From NCBI GenBank assembly GCA_021650915.1, contig CP091279.1, forward strand, positions 3,750,001-3,782,000: 32,000 nucleotides of DNA, in the 5' to 3' direction. This document shows, piece after piece, positions 28,075 to 32,000 of the stretch (its first letter is position 1; every line of letters starts with the position of its first letter). The DNA is from Candidatus Brocadia sp. GTDB lineage: Bacteria; Planctomycetota; Brocadiia; Brocadiales; Brocadiaceae. The position numbers and the translations under genes were made by a program. The notes below the pieces were generated by a model, which was given only the letters and a program-made list of their open reading frames with translations, did no database searches and was not told where the DNA came from.

Positions 28075-28208
28075 TTCTTTACAAAAACCAGAACAATTCT
28101 TTGCATGTTGCAGAGAGCCGCAGATATGCACAGACAAGCGAAAAACAATATGGAGGTTTTTAGAAAATCATCCTGGCTCTAATGCAGAGGGAAGGTTCGG
28201 ATGTTTGA

Positions 28209-30980
28209 TCAGACTGTTGCCCGCGATATGGGCTGCTGTAATGATGCCTGAGCTGCCGCAAGTCTTGCAATGGGAACCCGAAACGGAGAACAACTCACGT
28301 AGTTCATTCCCACATTGTGACAAAACGAAATGGTCTGCGGATCTCCTCCATGCTCGCCACAAATCCCGATCTTGAGCTGTGGACGCGTGCTTCTTCCTTT
28401 TTTAATGCCAATTTCCACGAGCTGACCAGTGCCCTCCTGGTCTATTACCTGGAACGGGTCTTTTTCAAGGATACCTTTTTCAAGGTATTCAGGCACGAAG
28501 GAACCAACGTCATCACGGCTGAAACCAAAGGTCATCTGCGTAAGATCGTTGGTGCCAAAGGAAAAGAATTCGGCTTGCTTGGCAATCTTGTCAGCAATCA
28601 GGGTTGCACGAGGCAGTTCAATCATGGTGCCGACCAGATACTCAATCTGCGCGTTTTTCTTCTGCATTACGGCTTTCGCAATCCCGTGAACACTATCTTT
28701 TAACAGATCAAACTCCTGCACCGTACTGATAATAGGCAGCATAATCTCCGGGTATACCGCAACACCCTTTTTCTTCACGTTGCAGGCAGCTTCAATGATT
28801 GCCTGTATCTGCATATCATAGATCTCCGGATAGGTAATGCCCAAACGGCATCCACGATGACCCAGCATGGGATTCAATTCGTGAAGTGCAGACACCTTTT
28901 CCTGCACCTCTTTCAGGCTAATTTTCATCTGTTTCGCCATGTCTTTCTGATTGTGCTCTTCCTGCGGAAGAAACTCATGAAGCGGCGGGTCGAGAAGCCG
29001 TATCGTGACGGGTAGCCCGTCCATGGCGGTGAATATCTGTTCAAAATCACGACGCTGCATAGGGAGCAATTTCTTCAGGGCGGATGTATATAAATTCATT
29101 GGCTCTTTGAGTTCTTTCCTGACTTGCATCAGTTCCTTTCGAAGCGCATCCGTCTTGTTGCTGGCACACTTTTGCAGTTCCTTTTCCAGTCCGGCAATCT
29201 TTGCCTTGAAAATTTTTACGTCCGGGGCGGAAAGGATCATCTGACGTACGGAGTCAATCCTGCATTCACCAAAGAACATATGCTCTGTCCTGCACAGCCC
29301 GATACCTTCAGCGCCCAATTCCCTCGCCTTTTTTGCATCTGCCGGCGTGTCGGCATTCGTCCTGATCTTCAGTTTACGCGCTTCATCAGCCCATTGCATA
29401 AGGGTAGCAAAATCTCCGCTGAGTCCTGGTTCAATCGTGGGGACCATCCCCAGCATAACTTCACCCGTACTTCCGTCGATCGAGATATAATCTCCTTTTT
29501 TTATGAGTTTACTATTCACCTTAAAGCTCTGGCTTTTGTAATCTACCTGTAACGCGCCGCATCCCGCCACACAACATTTCCCCATTCCCCGCGCTACGAC
29601 AGCTGCGTGAGACGTCATTCCGCCGCGTGTTGTCAGGATGCCTCTGGAAACGTGCATGCCTCCGATATCTTCAGGCGAGGTCTCTTTTCGCACGAGAATA
29701 ACCTTCTCTTTCTTTTCAAGCGCCCATTTTTCCGCGTCTTCCGCGTTGAATACAACTCTCCCCGTGGCCGCACCCGGAGATGCCGGGAGGCCGGTGGCAA
29801 TGATCTGCTTTTTCGCCTTCGGGTCAAAGGTGGGATGCAACAACTGGTCTAGCTCGCTGGGGTTGACGCGCGCAATGGCGACCTTCTTGTCAATCAGTCC
29901 TTCTTTGACCATATCAACGGCGATCTTGACTGCCGCATGGGTAGTGCGTTTCCCCGTTCTTGTCTGCAACATGAACAACCGGTTTTCCTGGATGGTAAAT
30001 TCTATGTCCTGAACGTCTTTAAAGTGGTTTTCCAGGGTATTTTTATAAGCCACCAGCTGTTTATATACCGCGGGCATCTCTTTTTCAAGATGTGCAATCG
30101 GCTCCGGCGTACGGATACCGGCAACAACGTCCTCGCCCTGGGCATTGATAAGGAATTCGCCATAGAATTTGTTTTCTCCCGTTGAAGGATTCCTGGTAAA
30201 GCATACCCCTGTGGCGGAGTGATTTCCCATATTCCCGAAAACCATGGTCTGAATGTTCACAGCCGTTCCCAGGAGTCCTTTAATTTCATAAAGTTGTCGG
30301 TATTTCACGGCCCGCGGGTTATTCCATGACGCAAAAACGGCTTCGATTGCCTTCTGGAGTTGTACTTTTGGATCGGTTGGAAAGTTTTCGCGTGTCTTTT
30401 TTTTGTAAACAGATTTAAACTCTTCGACAATCTTTTTTAATTGATCAGACGTCAGTTCGGTATCACTTTTTATCCGAGCCTTCTTTTTGTACGCGTCAAG
30501 AATCTCTTCAAAGTAATGACGTTCAACACCCATAACGACGTCGCCAAACATGGTGATAAACCGCCGGTAGGCATCCCAGACAAATCGCTCATTATTCGTT
30601 TTTTTTATCAGTCCGGCAACGGCATCCGGGGTTAATCCCAGATTTAAAACCGTGTCCATCATGCCGGGCATGGATGCCGCAGCGCCGCTTCGCACAGAGA
30701 CCAGGAGCGGGTTCGCTGGGTCACCCAGCTTTGCTCCCATGAGTTTCTCCAGGCGCGAGAGGTTCTGTTCTATTTCTTTGGCAAGACCATCAGGGTACTT
30801 TTTATTGTTCTTATAATAGGCATCGCAAACTTCTGTCGTGATGGTAAACCCTGGAGGTACGGGAATACCCAGATTGGTCATTTCCGCAAGATTGGCTCCC
30901 TTGCCACCGAGCAGGTGTTTCATGTCAGACTTCCCGTCAGCAGAGCCATTGCCAAAGAAATAAACATACTTAGGCGCCAT
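28209..30980 (-). CDS. ppdK: Pyruvate, phosphate dikinase
   Basis: '[50 protein letters not shown]' is the canonical PPDK N-terminus. The phospho-His loop is '[16 protein letters not shown]', and the PEP-utilising C-terminus includes 'GLCRTEHMF' and '[11 protein letters not shown]'. ATG 30980 is preceded by AAGGAG; the ORF-track ATG 31028 adds 16 non-homologous residues. Confidence 0.97.
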   Translation of the reverse strand: MAPKYVYFFGNGSADGKSDMKHLLGGKGANLAEMTNLGIPVPPGFTITTEVCDAYYKNNKKYPDGLAKEIEQNLSRLEKLMGAKLGDPANPLLVSVRSGAAASMPGMMDTVLNLGLTPDAVAGLIKKTNNERFVWDAYRRFITMFGDVVMGVERHYFEEILDAYKKKARIKSDTELTSDQLKKIVEEFKSVYKKKTRENFPTDPKVQLQKAIEAVFASWNNPRAVKYRQLYEIKGLLGTAVNIQTMVFGNMGNHSATGVCFTRNPSTGENKFYGEFLINAQGEDVVAGIRTPEPIAHLEKEMPAVYKQLVAYKNTLENHFKDVQDIEFTIQENRLFMLQTRTGKRTTHAAVKIAVDMVKEGLIDKKVAIARVNPSELDQLLHPTFDPKAKKQIIATGLPASPGAATGRVVFNAEDAEKWALEKKEKVILVRKETSPEDIGGMHVSRGILTTRGGMTSHAAVVARGMGKCCVAGCGALQVDYKSQSFKVNSKLIKKGDYISIDGSTGEVMLGMVPTIEPGLSGDFATLMQWADEARKLKIRTNADTPADAKKARELGAEGIGLCRTEHMFFGECRIDSVRQMILSAPDVKIFKAKIAGLEKELQKCASNKTDALRKELMQVRKELKEPMNLYTSALKKLLPMQRRDFEQIFTAMDGLPVTIRLLDPPLHEFLPQEEHNQKDMAKQMKISLKEVQEKVSALHELNPMLGHRGCRLGITYPEIYDMQIQAIIEAACNVKKKGVAVYPEIMLPIISTVQEFDLLKDSVHGIAKAVMQKKNAQIEYLVGTMIELPRATLIADKIAKQAEFFSFGTNDLTQMTFGFSRDDVGSFVPEYLEKGILEKDPFQVIDQEGTGQLVEIGIKKGRSTRPQLKIGICGEHGGDPQTISFCHNVGMNYVSCSPFRVPIARLAAAQASLQQPISRATV

Positions 30981-31274
30981 CCAGCTACTCCTTTCACTAT
31001 GATATGTATATAAAATTACTATACACAAAAAGCACGGTTTTTGTGCCTGAATTGCACAAGAAAAGGGAAATTATGCTATCAAAAACAAATTTAACACGCA
31101 AGAAAATTTCATGAAAGACCAAAAGTTATATGAAAATGAAAAATAATATGATACCATAGGGTAGCAAAGCTGCAACGAAATAATCACCAGCGCGTAAAAT
31201 AATCCGTATCAGACGCTCAGGCAAACAGAATTACCCGTTTTTCCCGTCTTTATTACCGTTTTGACGAAAAAACC

Positions 31275-32000
31275 ATGGGGCGTGTTATTGGGATAACCGA
31301 GGTGTTCAGGAACCGGAACTTTTTAAAGCTCTGGATCGGGCAAATAGTATCCGCACTCGGTGATCGATTCAACCAAATGGCGTTATTAGGGCTCATGATA
31401 AAAAAGGGGGGGAATGTAGGGCAGGAATTATCGAAGATTACTTTTTGGAGCATTCTGCCTTTTTTTGTGTTTAGTCTTTTTTCTGGTGTCCTTTCTGACC
31501 GATGGTCAAGAAAACGCATCCTGATAGGCTCAGATATAGCCCGGATTTTTTTGGTATGCTCCATGCCCTGGGTTATCCGCGATCCAGCCTGTGTTGCTCC
31601 GGCCTATCCCGTAATCTTTGCCATAGGTATTTTCACCTGTCTCTTTTCTCCGGCAAAATTTTCAATCATTCCCAATCTTGTTGAGAACCGCCACCTCCTG
31701 ATCGCAAATTCCCTGATTGCGTCCTCCGCGCTCTTAAGCGTTTTGGCCGGCACTGCTTTAGGGGGTATTATTTTTGATTCGATGGGATTTCAGGCATCCC
31801 TGTACCTCAATGCCGCAACCTATCTTTTCTCTGCATGCGCCCTGTGGAAGCTCACGGTAAACGAAAAGAAACGCCCCGCAGGGAAGGGCATGGCCTTTGT
31901 TTTTACGGATATCAAGGAGGGTATGAAATATCTCTGTCGCGATGGCAGACTGATAATTCTCATTTTTTTTGGTGCATTTTTCTGGCTTCTCGGCATAAGT
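31275..32000 (+). CDS. MFS transporter (N-terminal 242 codons; 3' end outside the window)
   Basis: The frame is open from ATG 31275 to the window end, so it is not in the ORF track because no stop is reached. The sequence 'FRNRNFLKLWIGQIVSALGDRFNQMALLGL', 'SGVLSDRWSRKRILIGSDIAR' (MFS loop 2-3 motif) and 'FSPAKFSIIPNLV' is typical of MFS_3/EntS-like exporters. Confidence 0.8.
   Translation, partial: MGRVIGITEVFRNRNFLKLWIGQIVSALGDRFNQMALLGLMIKKGGNVGQELSKITFWSILPFFVFSLFSGVLSDRWSRKRILIGSDIARIFLVCSMPWVIRDPACVAPAYPVIFAIGIFTCLFSPAKFSIIPNLVENRHLLIANSLIASSALLSVLAGTALGGIIFDSMGFQASLYLNAATYLFSACALWKLTVNEKKRPAGKGMAFVFTDIKEGMKYLCRDGRLIILIFFGAFFWLLGIS

Noticed and set aside
31253-31564. 103-aa - strand ORF
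   Set aside because: It is antisense to the MFS transporter frame, which is open from 31275 to the window end and has clear MFS motifs.
1-32000. Search for CRISPR arrays, tandem repeats, DGR-type template/variable repeat pairs, and toxin-antitoxin or other defence gene pairs
   Set aside because: The only long repeats are the two IS copies. I noticed no short regularly spaced direct repeats, no reverse transcriptase, and no small adjacent gene pairs with TA-like features.

Overview
This is a bacterial chromosomal window; the taxon cannot be fixed from the sequence alone. Bases 1-10177 (+ strand) hold a surface-polysaccharide locus: a Wza-like exporter (5' partial), a Wzz/BY-kinase-like co-polymerase, gmd and fcl (GDP-L-fucose synthesis), a Wzx-type flippase, a GT4 glycosyltransferase, a Wzy/O-antigen-ligase-like membrane protein and a GT2 glycosyltransferase. 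Next come mscL (-) and a 2048-bp insertion sequence at 11389-13436 whose transposase is frameshifted. These are followed by a futalosine-pathway radical-SAM gene, a FadH/OYE-type flavin/Fe-S oxidoreductase, an MBL-fold hydrolase and an isochorismatase-family hydrolase. Three c-type cytochrome genes lie on the - strand. An IS66-family (ISBst12-type) element at 21140-24909 is itself split by a second, intact copy of the first IS (22060-24106). The window ends with a nupC-like nucleoside transporter carrying an in-frame stop, pgm, ppdK and the start of an MFS transporter. I saw no rRNA, tRNA or CRISPR array, and I could not identify a defence system or other clearly novel multi-gene system. The most unusual items are listed here. 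(1) The nested IS-in-IS structure, with exact inverted repeats (IRs) and target-site duplications (TSDs) readable at both levels. (2) The two near-identical copies of an IS1182/IS5-like element that may be unnamed. (3) Layered decay of nupC, with a nonsense codon plus an IS inserted exactly at its stop codon. (4) A decayed ORF whose frame is conserved across the IS insertion site upstream of the mqn gene. (5) A BY-kinase domain with all nucleotide-binding motifs degenerate. (6) A pair of paralogous class-II-like cytochromes c.
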